Origin: Halarcobacter sp.
Lineage (GTDB): Bacteria > Campylobacterota > Campylobacteria > Campylobacterales > Arcobacteraceae
Assembly (NCBI GenBank): GCA_048571215.1
Contig: CP182352.1
Location: 672,001 to 736,000 of the forward strand
Direction: 5' to 3'
Length of the DNA: 64,000 bases
Shown piece by piece: positions 11,141 to 23,900 of this stretch. The translations under genes were made by a program, and so were the position numbers. The notes beneath the pieces were generated by a model. That model was given only the letters and a program-made list of their open reading frames with translations. It did not search any database and was not told the DNA's origin. Numbering within the stretch: the first letter of the stretch is position 1; each line of letters opens with the position of its first letter.

Positions 11141-12406
11141 ATGAATAAAAAAATATGTATAATAGGCTTAGGATATGTAGGATTACCGCTAGCCCACGCC
11201 TTTGCAAAACAATATGAAGTAGTAGGTTTTGATATCTATGAACAAAGAGTAAAAGAGTTAAAAGAGGGGTTCGATAGAACATTAGAATTAAATGAAGAAC
11301 AACTTTCAGAGATAAAAGATAAAATAGTATATACAAATAAAATAGAAGATATAAAAGATTCAAATATATTTATAGTAACAGTTCCAACCCCAATAGATAA
11401 ATCAAATAGACCAGACCTAAGTCCCCTAATAAAATCATCTCAAACTATAGGGAAAGTTCTAAAAAAAGATGATATAGTAATCTATGAATCAACAGTATAC
11501 CCAGGTGTAACAGAAGAGGTGTGTGTACCTCAATTAGAAAATGAATCAAAATTAAAATTTAATGAAGACTTTTTTTGTGGATACTCTCCTGAAAGAATAA
11601 ACCCAGGTGATAAAGAACATACAGTAACAAAAATACTAAAAATAACCTCGGGATCAACTCCTAAAATAGCAGAAATAGTAGATGAACTGTACTCTTCCAT
11701 AATAACAGCAGGAACATTTAAAGCCTCAAGTATAAAAGTAGCAGAAGCAGCAAAAGTAATAGAAAATACCCAAAGAGATGTAAATATAGCCCTGATAAAT
11801 GAATTAGCCTTAATCTTTGATAATATTGGAATAGATACAAATGAAGTGATAGATGCCGCAGCAACTAAATGGAATTTTATAAAACTAAAACCAGGATTGG
11901 TTGGAGGTCATTGTATAGGTGTAGATCCATACTACCTAACTTTTAAAGCAGAAGAGTTGGGATATAAACCAAACCTAATCCTTGGTGCAAGACAAATCAA
12001 TAATGGTATGAGTAAATATATAGCAGAGAAAACAATAAAACTAATGATAAAAAAAGGTAAAATCATAAAAGACTCAAATATCTTAGTTTTAGGATTGACC
12101 TTTAAAGAGAATTGCCCAGATATAAGAAATACAAAAGTGATAGATATAATAACAGAACTAAAAGAGTATGGTGCAAATGTAGATGTGTATGAACCATGGA
12201 TAGATGAGAAAGATAAAAGCTATTATGATTGTAATTTTATAGAAAATCCACTAAAAAATAGTAAAAGATATGAAGCAATAGTAGTAGCAGTAGGACATGA
12301 TAAATTTAAAGAGATAAAAGAGGAAGAGTTTGATAAGCTAATAAATGGTGAAAGCTTAATAGTTGATGTTAAGGGGATTACACCTAATCCTACTTGGAAA
12401 TTATAA
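11141..12406 (+). CDS. UDP-N-acetylhexosamine 6-dehydrogenase (TviB/WbpO-like)
   Basis: GLGYVGLP, YSPERINPG, AEAAKVIENTQRD, GGHCIGVDPYYL, FKENCPDIRN. Confidence 0.92.
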   Translation: MNKKICIIGLGYVGLPLAHAFAKQYEVVGFDIYEQRVKELKEGFDRTLELNEEQLSEIKDKIVYTNKIEDIKDSNIFIVTVPTPIDKSNRPDLSPLIKSSQTIGKVLKKDDIVIYESTVYPGVTEEVCVPQLENESKLKFNEDFFCGYSPERINPGDKEHTVTKILKITSGSTPKIAEIVDELYSSIITAGTFKASSIKVAEAAKVIENTQRDVNIALINELALIFDNIGIDTNEVIDAAATKWNFIKLKPGLVGGHCIGVDPYYLTFKAEELGYKPNLILGARQINNGMSKYIAEKTIKLMIKKGKIIKDSNILVLGLTFKENCPDIRNTKVIDIITELKEYGANVDVYEPWIDEKDKSYYDCNFIENPLKNSKRYEAIVVAVGHDKFKEIKEEEFDKLINGESLIVDVKGITPNPTWKL

Positions 12407-12409
12407 TAT

Positions 12410-13510
12410 ATGAGGGTTGTACAACTTTTACCTGAATTAAATGAAGGTGGAGTGGAAAGAGGTGTAGTTGAGTTAAACCGTGAGTATGTAAAAAAAGGAA
12501 TTGAATCTTTTGTCATAAGCAATGGTGGAAAACTTGAAAACCAAATAGGTAAAGATGGGGGTAAACATATTAAATTTGATGTATGTTCTAAAAATATCTT
12601 TACTGTACCTTCTAGAGTTTTTAAATTAAAAAAAATATTAAAAGAGTTAAATGCTGATATTCTACATGTAAGAAGTAGAGTGCCTGCTTGGTTAGTTTAT
12701 TTTGCAAATAAAAATTTAAAAATAAAAACTGTGAGTACAGTACATGGTTTTAATTCTGTTGGTTTTTATAGTTCTATTATGACAAAAGCAGATAAAGTAA
12801 TATGTGTAAGTAATGCAATAAAAGAGTACATACAAACTAATTATAATACAAAAGAAGATAAAATAACAGTTATACCAAGAGGTGTAGATATTGAACTTTT
12901 TTGTGAAAAATCAATAGATGAAGATTTTATAAATAAGTTTAAAAAAGATTTTAATTTAGAACATAAGTTTATTGTTTCTAGTGTAGGAAGGGTTACTCAA
13001 CTAAAAGATTATGAAACTTTTATAAAAGCCATAAGTATAATAAAAAAAACTAATAATGAAGTAGTTGGACTTATTGTAGGTGGTGTTAGAAGTGATAAAC
13101 AAGAGTATTTAAACTCTTTAAAAAGTTTGATAAAAGAGTTAAGTCTAGAAAACAATATTATTTTTACTGGAAGTCAAAAGAAGATATCAGAAATATATAG
13201 TCTTAGTGATGTTATTGTAAGTAGCTCAAAAAAACCAGAAAGCTTTGGAAGAGCAGTAGCAGAAGCAATTGCTTTAAATACTCCAGTAGTAGCTACAAAT
13301 CATGGTGGGGTAAAAGATATAATAATTGAAAATAAAAATGGATTTTTCTTTAAAGTTGGTGATGAAGAAGAGTTAAGTGAAAAGATTATAAAAACAAAAG
13401 ATTTAAAATTTGATGGGTATAGTTATATCAAAGATACTTTTTCTTTGGATAATATGGTAGAAGAAACAAAAAAAGTTTATAAAAGTTTAGGAGAAAAGAA
13501 GAATAAATGA
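12410..13510 (+). CDS. Glycosyltransferase family 4
   Basis: [17 protein letters not shown] (EX7E). Confidence 0.88.
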   Translation: MRVVQLLPELNEGGVERGVVELNREYVKKGIESFVISNGGKLENQIGKDGGKHIKFDVCSKNIFTVPSRVFKLKKILKELNADILHVRSRVPAWLVYFANKNLKIKTVSTVHGFNSVGFYSSIMTKADKVICVSNAIKEYIQTNYNTKEDKITVIPRGVDIELFCEKSIDEDFINKFKKDFNLEHKFIVSSVGRVTQLKDYETFIKAISIIKKTNNEVVGLIVGGVRSDKQEYLNSLKSLIKELSLENNIIFTGSQKKISEIYSLSDVIVSSSKKPESFGRAVAEAIALNTPVVATNHGGVKDIIIENKNGFFFKVGDEEELSEKIIKTKDLKFDGYSYIKDTFSLDNMVEETKKVYKSLGEKKNK

Positions 13511-14646
13511 GTAAAGTAGCCTTAATAACAGGGATAACAGGACAAGATGGAAGCTATTTAGCAGAGTTTTTGCTAAAAAAAGGATATATAGTACATGGTA
13601 TAAAAAGAAGAAGTTCTTTGTTTAATACAGATAGAATAGATCACCTTTACCAAGATCCACATGTAGAAAATAGAAATCTAATACTTCATTATGGTGATAT
13701 GACAGATTCTATGAACCTAACAAGAATTATTCAAGAGACACAACCAGATGAAATCTATAATTTAGCTGCAATGTCTCATGTAGCAGTTTCTTTTGAGACA
13801 CCAGAATATGTAGCAAACGCAGATGGAACAGGAACACTTAGAATCCTTGAAGCAGTAAAATTATTAGGACTTGCTAATAAAACAAAAATATATCAAGCAA
13901 GTACCTCTGAATTATATGGAAAAGTACAAGAAACACCTCAAAGTGAAACAACTCCTTTTTACCCAAGAAGTCCATATGCAGTTGCTAAAATGTACGCATA
14001 CTGGATAACAGTAAATTATAGAGAAGCATATGGTATGTTCGCTTGTAATGGAATCCTTTTTAACCATGAAAGCCCAGTAAGAGGTGAAACTTTTGTTACA
14101 AGAAAAATTACAAGAGCAGCTTCTAAAATAGCACTAAACCTTCAAGATAAATTATACCTTGGAAACTTAGATGCAAAAAGAGACTGGGGACATGCAAAAG
14201 ATTATGTAAAGATGATGTGGATGATTCTTCAAGCAGATGAACCAGAAGATTGGGTAATAGCAACAGGACAAACAACAACTGTAAGAGACTTCGTAAAATT
14301 CGCTTTTGCCTACGTAGGGATAAAGCTAAGATTTGAAGGAGAAGGTGTAGATGAAAAAGGTATTATTGATAGTATAGATGAAGAGAAAGTAAAATCATTA
14401 GGACTGAGCATTGAACACTTAGTACTGAATACTGTTGTCGTAGAAGTAGACTCAAGGTATTTTAGACCAACAGAAGTAGACTTGCTACTAGGAGACCCTA
14501 CAAAAGCTGAAACTAAATTAGGATGGAATAGAGAGTATAAACTGCAAGATTTAGTAAATGATATGATGGCAAGTGATTTAAAACTAATGAAAAAAGACAC
14601 TTATCTAAAAGATGGTGGATATAAAATTATGAGTTATTTTGAGTAA
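13507..14646 (+). CDS. gmd: GDP-mannose 4,6-dehydratase
   Basis: [36 protein letters not shown]. Confidence 0.97.
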   Translation: MSKVALITGITGQDGSYLAEFLLKKGYIVHGIKRRSSLFNTDRIDHLYQDPHVENRNLILHYGDMTDSMNLTRIIQETQPDEIYNLAAMSHVAVSFETPEYVANADGTGTLRILEAVKLLGLANKTKIYQASTSELYGKVQETPQSETTPFYPRSPYAVAKMYAYWITVNYREAYGMFACNGILFNHESPVRGETFVTRKITRAASKIALNLQDKLYLGNLDAKRDWGHAKDYVKMMWMILQADEPEDWVIATGQTTTVRDFVKFAFAYVGIKLRFEGEGVDEKGIIDSIDEEKVKSLGLSIEHLVLNTVVVEVDSRYFRPTEVDLLLGDPTKAETKLGWNREYKLQDLVNDMMASDLKLMKKDTYLKDGGYKIMSYFE

Positions 14647-15709
14647 AATGATTATGAATAAAAATAGTAAAATATATGTAGCTGGTCATAGAGGATTAGT
14701 AGGTTCTGCAATTGTAAAAAATTTACAATCAAAGGGTTATACAAATTTAGTATATAAAACTCATAAGGAACTAGATTTAACAAATCAAAACAAAGTAGAA
14801 GAATTCTTCAAACTGGAAAAACCAGAATATGTAATACTAGCAGCTGCAAAAGTTGGTGGAATAGTAGCAAATAATACATATAGAGCAGATTTTATATATG
14901 AGAACTTAGCTATTCAAAATAATATAATCCATAATGCATATAAATATAAAGTAAAAAAATTGCTATTTTTAGGAAGTACTTGTATCTATCCAAAAGAAGC
15001 ACCGCAACCAATGAGTGAAGATTGTTTATTAACAAGTCCACTAGAATATACAAATGAACCATACGCAATAGCAAAAATAGCTGGTATAAAAATGTGTGAA
15101 TCATATAACTTGCAATATAATACAAACTTTATATCAGTAATGCCAACAAACTTATATGGACCAAATGATAACTTTGATTTGGAAAAGTCACATGTACTAC
15201 CAGCACTTATACGAAAAATATATCTTGCTAAACTTTTAAATGAAGAAAAAATAGAAGAAGTATTAAAAGATTTAAATCTATCTTCTTTGGATGAAGCCTT
15301 AGAATATCTAAATAAATTTGGTGTAAATAAAGATTCAGTTGAGATATGGGGAACAGGGAAACCAAGAAGAGAGTTCCTTTACTCAGAAGATATGGCAGAT
15401 GCATGTGTATTTCTTTTAGAAAATAGAGATTTTAAAGATACATTTGATAAAAATGAAAAAGAGATTAGAAATACTCATATAAATATAGGCACAGGTGTAG
15501 ATATATCAATAAAAGAGTTGGCAACTCTTATAAAAGAGATTATCGGATTTAAAGGTGAACTTGCATTTAATACTAATAAACCAGATGGGACTATGGTAAA
15601 ACTTACAAATCCTAATAAACTTCATAGTCTTGGGTGGAAACATAAGGTTGAGTTAAAAGATGGTATTAAATCTATGTTTGAGTGGTATTTAAAAGGAAAT
15701 AAAAGATGA
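14639..15709 (+). CDS. fcl: GDP-L-fucose synthase
   Basis: [30 protein letters not shown]; follows gmd. Confidence 0.95.
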   Translation: MSKMIMNKNSKIYVAGHRGLVGSAIVKNLQSKGYTNLVYKTHKELDLTNQNKVEEFFKLEKPEYVILAAAKVGGIVANNTYRADFIYENLAIQNNIIHNAYKYKVKKLLFLGSTCIYPKEAPQPMSEDCLLTSPLEYTNEPYAIAKIAGIKMCESYNLQYNTNFISVMPTNLYGPNDNFDLEKSHVLPALIRKIYLAKLLNEEKIEEVLKDLNLSSLDEALEYLNKFGVNKDSVEIWGTGKPRREFLYSEDMADACVFLLENRDFKDTFDKNEKEIRNTHINIGTGVDISIKELATLIKEIIGFKGELAFNTNKPDGTMVKLTNPNKLHSLGWKHKVELKDGIKSMFEWYLKGNKR

Positions 15710-17142
15710 TAAACCTAATCCTATGTGGAGGAAGTGGAACAAGACTGTGGCCAATAAGTAGAAGCCTTATGCCAAAACAGTTTGTAAAATTGTTCGATAA
15801 TAAATCATTATTCCAATTAACAGTTCAAAGAAATTCAATAACTTGTGATAAACAATTAATTGTTTCAAATATAGAACAATATTTTCTAGCAGTAGATCAA
15901 TTAGCTGAATTAAATAAAAATGATAATTTGTGTCTTCTAGAACCAGTAGGAAGAAATACAGCACCAGCAATAGCTTTGGCTTGTTTAGCCCTAGACCCTG
16001 AAGAGTTAGTTTTAGTTACCCCAAGTGATCATCTAATAAAAAATGAAATAGAATATGAAAAAGTTGTAAAACAAGCAAAACAATTAGCTCAAGAAAATTA
16101 TTTAGTAACCTTTGGTATAACTCCAACATATGCAGAAATTGGATATGGATATATAGAGGCTTCGCCTGTAGATGGTAATTTGTCATTGGTTAATGGTATG
16201 GATGTTGTAAACTTTCATGAAAAACCAAATTTGAAAATAGCAGAAGAGTATTTAGAAACAAATAATAAATATACCAATGACCAATCAACAAGTTACTATC
16301 TTTGGAACTCTGGAATGTTTTGTTTTAAAGCTGGTGTTTTTTTAGATGAATTAAAAAAATACTCTTCAAATATCTATGAAACTTCTAAAATAGCTTTTGA
16401 AAATAAACAAAAGATAGCAAATAATCAACTAAGAATTACCCATGATGATATGATAAATATTCCAGAAGATTCAATTGATTATGCAGTAATGGAGAAATCA
16501 AATAAAGTAAAAGTAATCCCATCTGATATAAATTGGTCAGACTTGGGAAGCTTTGATGCTCTTTATGAAGAACTTCCAAAAGATGAAAACAATAATACAC
16601 AAAACCCTAATCATATCTCAATAGATTCATCAAATAATTTAGTTTATGGTGATGAAAGAACAATAGCTACAATAGATGTAGAAGATTTAATAGTAGTAGA
16701 TACAGGAGATGCCCTTTTAGTATCAAAAAAAGGTTCTAGCCAAAAAGTAAAAAAAGTAGTAGAAAAATTAAAAGAATCAAACTCTGAACTACATAATATA
16801 CATTTAACAGGATATAGACCATGGGGAACTTATACAGTTCTAGAAGATAGCCCTGGTTATAAAATAAAAAGAATAGAAGTAAAACCAAACTCAAGATTGT
16901 CATTGCAAAAACATTTCCATAGAAATGAACACTGGATAGTAGTAAGTGGAACAGCAACAGTAACAGTAGGAGAAAAAACCTTTACAGTAAGACCCAATGA
17001 GAGTACCTATATAAAGATGGGAGAAGTTCATAGACTATCAAATGAAGGTAAAATACCAGTAGTATTAATAGAAGCACAAGTTGGAGAATATACAGGTGAA
17101 GATGATATTGTTAGACTTGATGATGACTTTAAGAGAAATTAG
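15706..17142 (+). CDS. manC: Mannose-1-phosphate guanylyltransferase/mannose-6-phosphate isomerase
   Basis: [36 protein letters not shown] and C-terminal cupin. Confidence 0.95.
   Translation: MINLILCGGSGTRLWPISRSLMPKQFVKLFDNKSLFQLTVQRNSITCDKQLIVSNIEQYFLAVDQLAELNKNDNLCLLEPVGRNTAPAIALACLALDPEELVLVTPSDHLIKNEIEYEKVVKQAKQLAQENYLVTFGITPTYAEIGYGYIEASPVDGNLSLVNGMDVVNFHEKPNLKIAEEYLETNNKYTNDQSTSYYLWNSGMFCFKAGVFLDELKKYSSNIYETSKIAFENKQKIANNQLRITHDDMINIPEDSIDYAVMEKSNKVKVIPSDINWSDLGSFDALYEELPKDENNNTQNPNHISIDSSNNLVYGDERTIATIDVEDLIVVDTGDALLVSKKGSSQKVKKVVEKLKESNSELHNIHLTGYRPWGTYTVLEDSPGYKIKRIEVKPNSRLSLQKHFHRNEHWIVVSGTATVTVGEKTFTVRPNESTYIKMGEVHRLSNEGKIPVVLIEAQVGEYTGEDDIVRLDDDFKRN
16171..16300. repeat. Imperfect 29/30-nt inverted repeat inside manC
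   Basis: 16171-16199 gatggtaatttgtcattggttaatggtat pairs with 16271-16300 ataccaatgaccaatcaacaagttactatc. Confidence 0.75.
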
Positions 17143-17171
17143 ATAAAATAATTACATAAATAGAATTGTTG

Positions 17172-17202
17172 TTATAGAGTAAAGAATTATTCTTTTCTAT
17201 AA
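17172..17202. terminator. AT-rich hairpin between manC and the next gene
   Basis: ttataga-gtaaagaat-t-attcttt-tctataa. Confidence 0.35.
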
Positions 17203-17219
17203 TAAATTAAAGGTTTAAT

Positions 17220-18314
17220 TTGAATGTTTTAATGGTAAGCTTAGATTATCCACCAACAGTTGGTGGAATTACAGCCCATGTATATGAATTATCACAAGCT
17301 TTAAAGAATATAGGTTGTAGTGTAAGTGTTGCAACAAAATTAATTAATAAAAATGAAAAATTATATGAAAATATAGATGGTATAGATATTTATCGATTTG
17401 ATTTAAAATATATAGGTTTTTTATATGGTTATCAAATTAATAAATTTTTAAAGAATTTAATAAAAGAAAAAAAATTTGATATTATACATATTCATGGGAT
17501 GAGACCTTTGGAATTTTATAGTATAAAGAGTATTCCTTTAGTATATACAAATCATACCTCTGGATATTTAAAAAGGATAAAAAAAGGTGGTTATAGAATA
17601 CCTATGTTAAAAAAATTGTTTACTAAGCCACAACTTTTTTTAGCTCCAAGTGAAGAATTATTAGATGTTCCTTTTGACTTTTCAGCAAAAAAAGTATTTA
17701 TTCCTAATGGAGTTATATCATCAAAATTTACTAGAAATGAAAATGCTAGAAATAGACTAAGAAAAGAATTAAATATTAAATATGATGAAAAATTAGCAAT
17801 AATAACAAGAAGAATGGTATGGAAAAATGGTGTTAAATTTTTAGCTTTAGCCACTAAGTATATCAAAAATAAAAAGTTAAAATTGTTATTTATTGGTGAT
17901 GGTGAACAATTTAATGAGATAAAATCAATTTTGAAAGAAAGCTTTAAAGGTAGATTTATTTTATTAGGTTCAAAAAAGCATGAAGAGATTATAGATTATT
18001 ACAGTGCAGCTGATTTATCTATATTGCCATCTTTAATGGAAGCAACTAGTATTAGTGGACTTGAAGCTATGGCAGCTTCATTGCCTTTAGTTGGCACAAA
18101 TGTTGGAGGAATTCCTGTTATAATAAAAGATAGTGAAAATGGCTACTTATGTGAAAGTCAAAATGAAAAAGATTTAGCTTTAAAGATTGATAAATTATTA
18201 GAAAGTGATTATGTCGCAATGGGCAATAAATCAAAACAGATGGTAGATAGAAATTTTGATTGGATAGAAATTGCAAAAAAAACACTTGCTGAGTATGTGA
18301 GTATTCAAAAATGA
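17220..18314 (+). CDS. Glycosyltransferase family 4
   Basis: [27 protein letters not shown] start. Confidence 0.87.
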   Translation: MNVLMVSLDYPPTVGGITAHVYELSQALKNIGCSVSVATKLINKNEKLYENIDGIDIYRFDLKYIGFLYGYQINKFLKNLIKEKKFDIIHIHGMRPLEFYSIKSIPLVYTNHTSGYLKRIKKGGYRIPMLKKLFTKPQLFLAPSEELLDVPFDFSAKKVFIPNGVISSKFTRNENARNRLRKELNIKYDEKLAIITRRMVWKNGVKFLALATKYIKNKKLKLLFIGDGEQFNEIKSILKESFKGRFILLGSKKHEEIIDYYSAADLSILPSLMEATSISGLEAMAASLPLVGTNVGGIPVIIKDSENGYLCESQNEKDLALKIDKLLESDYVAMGNKSKQMVDRNFDWIEIAKKTLAEYVSIQK

Positions 18315-19453
18315 CTAAAAAAGTATTATTAGTATTTGGAACACGACCAGAAGCGATAAAAATGGCTCCTTTAGTGAAAGCATTTAAAGAAGAGAATTCA
18401 ATAGAAACAAAAGTATGTGTAACAGCGCAACATAGGGAGATGTTAGATCAAGTATTAGATATGTTTGATATAAAACCTGATTATGATTTAAATTTGATGA
18501 AAGCAGGTCAAGATTTATATGATATAACAGCTGGGGTACTTTTAGGTTTAAAAGAAGTACTTCACGACTATAAACCAGATGTAGTACTAGTACATGGTGA
18601 TACAACAACAACTTCAGCTTCATCTTTAGCTGCATTTTATGAAAAAATAAAAGTGGGACATGTAGAAGCAGGACTTAGAACAGGGGATATATATTCTCCT
18701 TGGCCAGAAGAAGCAAATAGACAAATCACTGGTGTATTAGCAAACTATCATTTTGCCCCAACCTCTACAAGTGAGAAAAACCTTTTAAAAGAAAATAAAA
18801 ATAAAGAAAATATAGTAGTAACAGGGAATACAGTAATAGATGCATTATTTTTGGCTTTGGATAAAATAGAAAAAAATAAAGAATTAAAAAATAAAATATT
18901 AGATAATATAAATTTACAATATAAAATAGATGAAAATAAAAAGCTGATACTTGTTACGGGACATAGAAGAGAAAATTTTGGACAAGGATTTATAAATATT
19001 TGTGAATCTTTAAAAATGTTAGCAAATAGTAATCCTCATGTAGATATTGTTTATCCAGTACATTTAAATCCAAATGTACAAAAACCTGTGCGAGAGATAT
19101 TGTCTAATACACCAAATGTATACTTAATAGAACCATTGCAATATGAATCATTTATTTATTTGATGAATAAATCATATTTTATAATAACTGATAGTGGTGG
19201 AGTTCAAGAAGAGGCTCCAAGTTTAGGTAAACCAGTACTTGTAATGAGAGATACAACAGAAAGACCGGAAGCACTTCAAGCTGGAACTGTAAAGTTAGTT
19301 GGAACAAATTCAAAAACTATCATTAATGAATCACAAAAACTTCTAGATGATAAAGAGGAATATGAAAAAATGAGCAAAGCACATAATCCATATGGTGATG
19401 GAAAAGCTTGTAAAAAGATTGTCAAATTTATTAAAAATATAAAAGAAGTTTAA
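18311..19453 (+). CDS. wecB: UDP-GlcNAc 2-epimerase (non-hydrolysing)
   Basis: [32 protein letters not shown]. Confidence 0.96.
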   Translation: MTKKVLLVFGTRPEAIKMAPLVKAFKEENSIETKVCVTAQHREMLDQVLDMFDIKPDYDLNLMKAGQDLYDITAGVLLGLKEVLHDYKPDVVLVHGDTTTTSASSLAAFYEKIKVGHVEAGLRTGDIYSPWPEEANRQITGVLANYHFAPTSTSEKNLLKENKNKENIVVTGNTVIDALFLALDKIEKNKELKNKILDNINLQYKIDENKKLILVTGHRRENFGQGFINICESLKMLANSNPHVDIVYPVHLNPNVQKPVREILSNTPNVYLIEPLQYESFIYLMNKSYFIITDSGGVQEEAPSLGKPVLVMRDTTERPEALQAGTVKLVGTNSKTIINESQKLLDDKEEYEKMSKAHNPYGDGKACKKIVKFIKNIKEV

Positions 19454-20329
19454 ATGAAAGGTATAGTACTAGCAGGAGGCTCTGGAACAAGACTTTATCC
19501 CATAACAAAGTCATCAAGTAAACAGCTTTTGCCAATATATGATAAACCAATGATATATTATCCCTTATCAGTTTTGATGTTAGCAGGGATTAGAGACATC
19601 TTGATAATAACTACACCAGAAGATAACCATAAGTTTAAAGAACTTTTAGGCGATGGTAGTCAATGGGGTATCAATCTAGAATATAAAATACAGCCAAGTC
19701 CAGATGGATTAGCCCAAGCATTTATCTTAGGTGAAGATTTTATAGGAGATGATAGTGTTTGTTTGATTTTAGGAGATAATATTTTCTATGGAAGTGGATT
19801 GAGTCTAATGGTAAAAAATGCTGCTTTAATAAAAGAGGGAGCTGTAGTATTTGGATATCAAGTAAAAGATCCAAATAGATTTGGAGTAGTAGAGTTTGAT
19901 AAAGATAAAAATGCAATAAGTATTGAAGAAAAACCAAAAAAACCAAAATCAAATTTTGCAGTTACTGGTTTGTATTTTTATGATAATGAGGTAGTAAATA
20001 TAGCAAAAAATGTAAACTTAAGTGAACGAGGTGAATTTGAAATCACTTCAATAAATGAAGCATATCTAAAAAAAGGGAACTTGAAAGTTGAACTTCTAGG
20101 TCGTGGATTTGCATGGCTTGATACAGGAACTCATGATAGCCTGTTAGAAGCAGGACAATTTGTACAAACAATAGAGCATAGACAAGGGTATAAAATAGCT
20201 TGTTTAGAAGAGATTGCATATAATAATAAATGGATAACAAAAGAGAAAATATTAGAAATAGCAAAACCCTTATCTAAAAATGGATATGGTCAATATTTGT
20301 ATAACTTGGTGAAAGAGATAGATGTTTAA
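19454..20329 (+). CDS. rfbA: Glucose-1-phosphate thymidylyltransferase
   Basis: [29 protein letters not shown]. Confidence 0.97.
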   Translation: MKGIVLAGGSGTRLYPITKSSSKQLLPIYDKPMIYYPLSVLMLAGIRDILIITTPEDNHKFKELLGDGSQWGINLEYKIQPSPDGLAQAFILGEDFIGDDSVCLILGDNIFYGSGLSLMVKNAALIKEGAVVFGYQVKDPNRFGVVEFDKDKNAISIEEKPKKPKSNFAVTGLYFYDNEVVNIAKNVNLSERGEFEITSINEAYLKKGNLKVELLGRGFAWLDTGTHDSLLEAGQFVQTIEHRQGYKIACLEEIAYNNKWITKEKILEIAKPLSKNGYGQYLYNLVKEIDV

Positions 20330-21374
20330 TAATACAATATTAGTAACAGGATGCGCAGGATTTATAGGAAGTAACTTTGTGCCATATTTTTTAGAAAAAT
20401 ATCAAGATTGTAATATAGTAAACCTAGATCTTCTAACATATGCAGGAGACTTAGAAAATCTAAAAGAGTGTGAAGAAAATCCAAGATATAAATTTATAAA
20501 AGGCGATATCTGTAATAGAGAATTAATAGAGTTTATATTTAATGAATATGATATACAAGGTGTAATTCACTTTGCAGCAGAATCCCATGTAGATAACTCT
20601 ATAAAAAATCCAGGAATATTTATAGAAACAAATGTAAATGGAACATATACCTTAGTAGATGTGGCATATAAATATTGGATGAATAAACCCTTTGAATATA
20701 AAAAAAAGTACAAAAATTGTAGATTTCATCATATCTCTACAGATGAAGTGTATGGAACTTTAAGTGAAGATCCAAATGACCTTTTCCGTGAGTCTACACC
20801 ATATGCACCAAACTCGCCATACTCAGCTTCAAAAGCATCAAGTGATATGATAGTAAGATCTTATGTGGAAACATTTGGACTAAATGCAGTAATCACAAAC
20901 TGCTCAAATAACTATGGACCAAAACAACATGATGAAAAGCTAATTCCTACTATTATAAGAAATGCTCTACAAGGAAATCCTATACCAATATATGGAGATG
21001 GGAAAAATATAAGAGATTGGTTGTATGTACTAGATCATTGTAAAGGTATAGACTTAGTTTTCAAAAAAGGGCAAAAAGGGCAAACCTATAATATAGGTGG
21101 AAGAAATGAAAGAACAAATCTGCAAATAGTAAACAGAATTTGTGAAATATTGGATGAAGTTAAACCAATCTCTACTAATATACAAATAACAAATAACCAA
21201 TTACAATCCTACAAAGAGTTAATAACATTTGTAGAAGATAGAGCAGGGCATGATAGAAGATATGCAATAGATGCAAGTAAATTGGAAAATGAACTTGGAT
21301 GGAAAGCAGATGAGAACTTTGATACTGGTATAGTTAAGACTATTGAGTGGTATTTAGATAAATACTTAGGATAA
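20322..21374 (+). CDS. rfbB: dTDP-glucose 4,6-dehydratase
   Basis: [36 protein letters not shown]. Confidence 0.96.
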   Translation: MFNNTILVTGCAGFIGSNFVPYFLEKYQDCNIVNLDLLTYAGDLENLKECEENPRYKFIKGDICNRELIEFIFNEYDIQGVIHFAAESHVDNSIKNPGIFIETNVNGTYTLVDVAYKYWMNKPFEYKKKYKNCRFHHISTDEVYGTLSEDPNDLFRESTPYAPNSPYSASKASSDMIVRSYVETFGLNAVITNCSNNYGPKQHDEKLIPTIIRNALQGNPIPIYGDGKNIRDWLYVLDHCKGIDLVFKKGQKGQTYNIGGRNERTNLQIVNRICEILDEVKPISTNIQITNNQLQSYKELITFVEDRAGHDRRYAIDASKLENELGWKADENFDTGIVKTIEWYLDKYLG

Positions 21375-21377
21375 AAA

Positions 21378-21956
21378 ATGGCATACTATACAGAAAAGCA
21401 ATTAAATAATTTAGGTTTTAAATCACTTGGCAAAAATGTAAAAATTAGTGATAAAGCAAGTATTTATAATTGTAATCAAATAGAAATAGGAGATAACTCA
21501 AGAATTGATGATTTTTGTGTAATATCAGGAAAAATAAAAATTGGAAGAAATGTACATATTACTCCTACATGTTTAGTTGCTGGGGGAGAAAAAGGTATTG
21601 TTTTTGAAGATTTTACAACTATTGCTTATGGTGTTCAAGTTTTTACACAATCAGATGATTATAGTGGAGAAACTATGACAAATTCAACAGTTCCTAAAAA
21701 TTATAAAAATGAATTTATGAAAGAAGTTATCCTAAAAAAACACTCAATTGTTGGTGCAGGTTCAATTATAATGCCTGGAGTAGTTCTTAATGAAGGTACA
21801 TCAATAGGAGCTATGTCATTAGTTCTAAAATCAACACAAGCTTGGAGCATATATGTAGGTAATCCAGCAAAAAAATTAAAAGATAGAAAGAAAGATTTAT
21901 TGGAACTTGAAAAAAAATATTTAGAAGATGAGAGAGAAGTTAATGATACCATTTAA
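21378..21956 (+). CDS. Hexapeptide-repeat acyltransferase
   Basis: Left-handed beta-helix repeats (IGDNSRID, IGRNVHI), C-terminal GNPAK. Confidence 0.85.
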   Translation: MAYYTEKQLNNLGFKSLGKNVKISDKASIYNCNQIEIGDNSRIDDFCVISGKIKIGRNVHITPTCLVAGGEKGIVFEDFTTIAYGVQVFTQSDDYSGETMTNSTVPKNYKNEFMKEVILKKHSIVGAGSIIMPGVVLNEGTSIGAMSLVLKSTQAWSIYVGNPAKKLKDRKKDLLELEKKYLEDEREVNDTI

Positions 21957-23082
21957 TAAACCTCCTTTTACAGGAAATGAAGAAAAATATATTTTAGAAT
22001 CAATAAAAAGTAGTAAGATTTCTGGTGATGGAGAATTTACTAAAAGGTGTACAAAATGGTTTGAAGAAAAACTTCAATCTAAAAAGATTCTTTTAACAAC
22101 TTCTTGTACCCATGCACTAGAGATGGCAGCAATTCTTTTAGATATTAAAGATGGTGATGAAGTAATTATGCCTTCATATACTTTTGTTTCAACTGCAAAT
22201 GCTTTTGTTTTAAGAGGTGCTAAAATAGTTTTTGTGGATATAAGACCAGATACGATGAATATAAATGAAACTAAAATCGAAGAAGCTATAACTAATAAAA
22301 CTAAAGTAATTGTTCCAGTTCATTATGCTGGTGTTTCTTGTGAAATGGATACAATTATGGATATTGCATATAAGTATAATCTTTTTGTAGTTGAAGATGC
22401 AGCTCAAGGTATGATGAGCACATATAGAGGTAAACCACTTGGCACAATTGGACATATAGGTACTTATAGTTTTCATGAAACTAAAAATTACACTAGTGCA
22501 GGAGAAGGTGGCTTATTGATAGTAAATGATGAAAAATTTAAAGAGAGAGCGGAAATTATAAGAGAAAAGGGAACAAATAGAAGCCAATTTTTTAGAGGTA
22601 TGGTAGATAAATATTCTTGGGTAGATGTAGGAAGTAGTTACCTTATGAATGATGTAAGTGCTGCATACCTTTGGGGAAATTTAGAAAAAGCTAATAAAAT
22701 AAATGAAAACAGAGTAGAAACTTGGCATAAATATTATGATGGATTAAAGAGTTTAGAATCAAAAGACTATATAAGTTTACCAATTATTCCAAATAATTGT
22801 ACTCATAATGCTCATATGTTTTATTTAAAAGTTAAAAATATTGATGTAAGAACAAAATTATTAGAGTATTTAAAAGAGAATGATATATTATCTGTATTTC
22901 ATTATGTTCCATTACATTCTTCAATTGCAGGGGAAAAGTTTGGAAGATTTTACAGTAAAGATAACTATACAACACTTGAAAGTGAAAGACTGATAAGACT
23001 ACCTTTGTATTTTAATATGGAAGATAAAAATGTCAGCTATATAATAGATATATTAAAACAGTTTTTTATAAGAGAGAAATAA
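21943..23082 (+). CDS. wecE: dTDP-4-amino-4,6-dideoxygalactose transaminase
   Basis: MIPFNKP, SCTHALEM, EDAAQ, SFHETKNY..GEGG, EKGTNRSQFFRG; start at 21943. Confidence 0.92.
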   Translation: MIPFNKPPFTGNEEKYILESIKSSKISGDGEFTKRCTKWFEEKLQSKKILLTTSCTHALEMAAILLDIKDGDEVIMPSYTFVSTANAFVLRGAKIVFVDIRPDTMNINETKIEEAITNKTKVIVPVHYAGVSCEMDTIMDIAYKYNLFVVEDAAQGMMSTYRGKPLGTIGHIGTYSFHETKNYTSAGEGGLLIVNDEKFKERAEIIREKGTNRSQFFRGMVDKYSWVDVGSSYLMNDVSAAYLWGNLEKANKINENRVETWHKYYDGLKSLESKDYISLPIIPNNCTHNAHMFYLKVKNIDVRTKLLEYLKENDILSVFHYVPLHSSIAGEKFGRFYSKDNYTTLESERLIRLPLYFNMEDKNVSYIIDILKQFFIREK

Positions 23083-23083
23083 A

Positions 23084-23887
23084 ATGAATATAAACAGTAA
23101 AGTACCTGATGCAATTGAACATTTAAATATAGTAAAAACAAAACTATTAAATAAAGAACCCTTTGTTTTTATTAGGTTTAGTGATGGAGAAACAGAAATA
23201 TTAAAAAATAGATATTTGGAAATTAAACCAGGTAAGACAATTTTTAGAGGTAAAGAGATTAAAAATAATTTTCCAGAATTTGATTCTAAAAGATTTGATC
23301 CTTCAATACATCAAAATATTAGAGAAGATTTACTATTAAGTGCTAAGTTTAAAGAAAAAAACTTTTTTAAAGGGATTCCAACTTCTCATAATAAAGCAAA
23401 TGATGATAAAGAAATGATGCTTGAGTTAAATGGAGGGTTTAGTGAAAATATAACATTTGCAGATTTGTTTTTAAATTCAAATTATGAAAAGTATTTAAAT
23501 GAAATTGTTCCTTTATTTGAAAGTTTTGAAAATATAGTTGTAATAGCTAATTATAGAGCAAAACCAATAGGAATATTAAAATATGCTAAACATATTGAGA
23601 TACCCGACAATTTTTTTGCTAATTATGATGATGTAGTAGTTGATGTTATGGAGCAACTTAAAGGGATTGAAGATAATAGTCTAGTTTTATCTTCTGCTTC
23701 ATCCTTATCAAATATATTAGGACATAAACTTTTTTTGACTAATAAGAGTGTTACATTTTTAGATATAGGTACATCTATTAATAGTCTTTTATCATTAGAT
23801 GATAAAATAAGATCATATCATAAACAAAAAAATAAATCATTTTTTAGAAAAATTTTTAAAAAATCTAAAGATACTATAAAATGGTAA
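23084..23887 (+). CDS. Putative GT-D-fold glycosyltransferase
   Basis: FIRFSDGE and C-terminal LDIG resemble GT-D-fold motifs; glycan-cluster context. Confidence 0.55.
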   Translation: MNINSKVPDAIEHLNIVKTKLLNKEPFVFIRFSDGETEILKNRYLEIKPGKTIFRGKEIKNNFPEFDSKRFDPSIHQNIREDLLLSAKFKEKNFFKGIPTSHNKANDDKEMMLELNGGFSENITFADLFLNSNYEKYLNEIVPLFESFENIVVIANYRAKPIGILKYAKHIEIPDNFFANYDDVVVDVMEQLKGIEDNSLVLSSASSLSNILGHKLFLTNKSVTFLDIGTSINSLLSLDDKIRSYHKQKNKSFFRKIFKKSKDTIKW

Positions 23888-23900
23888 TTAAGGACTTTAA

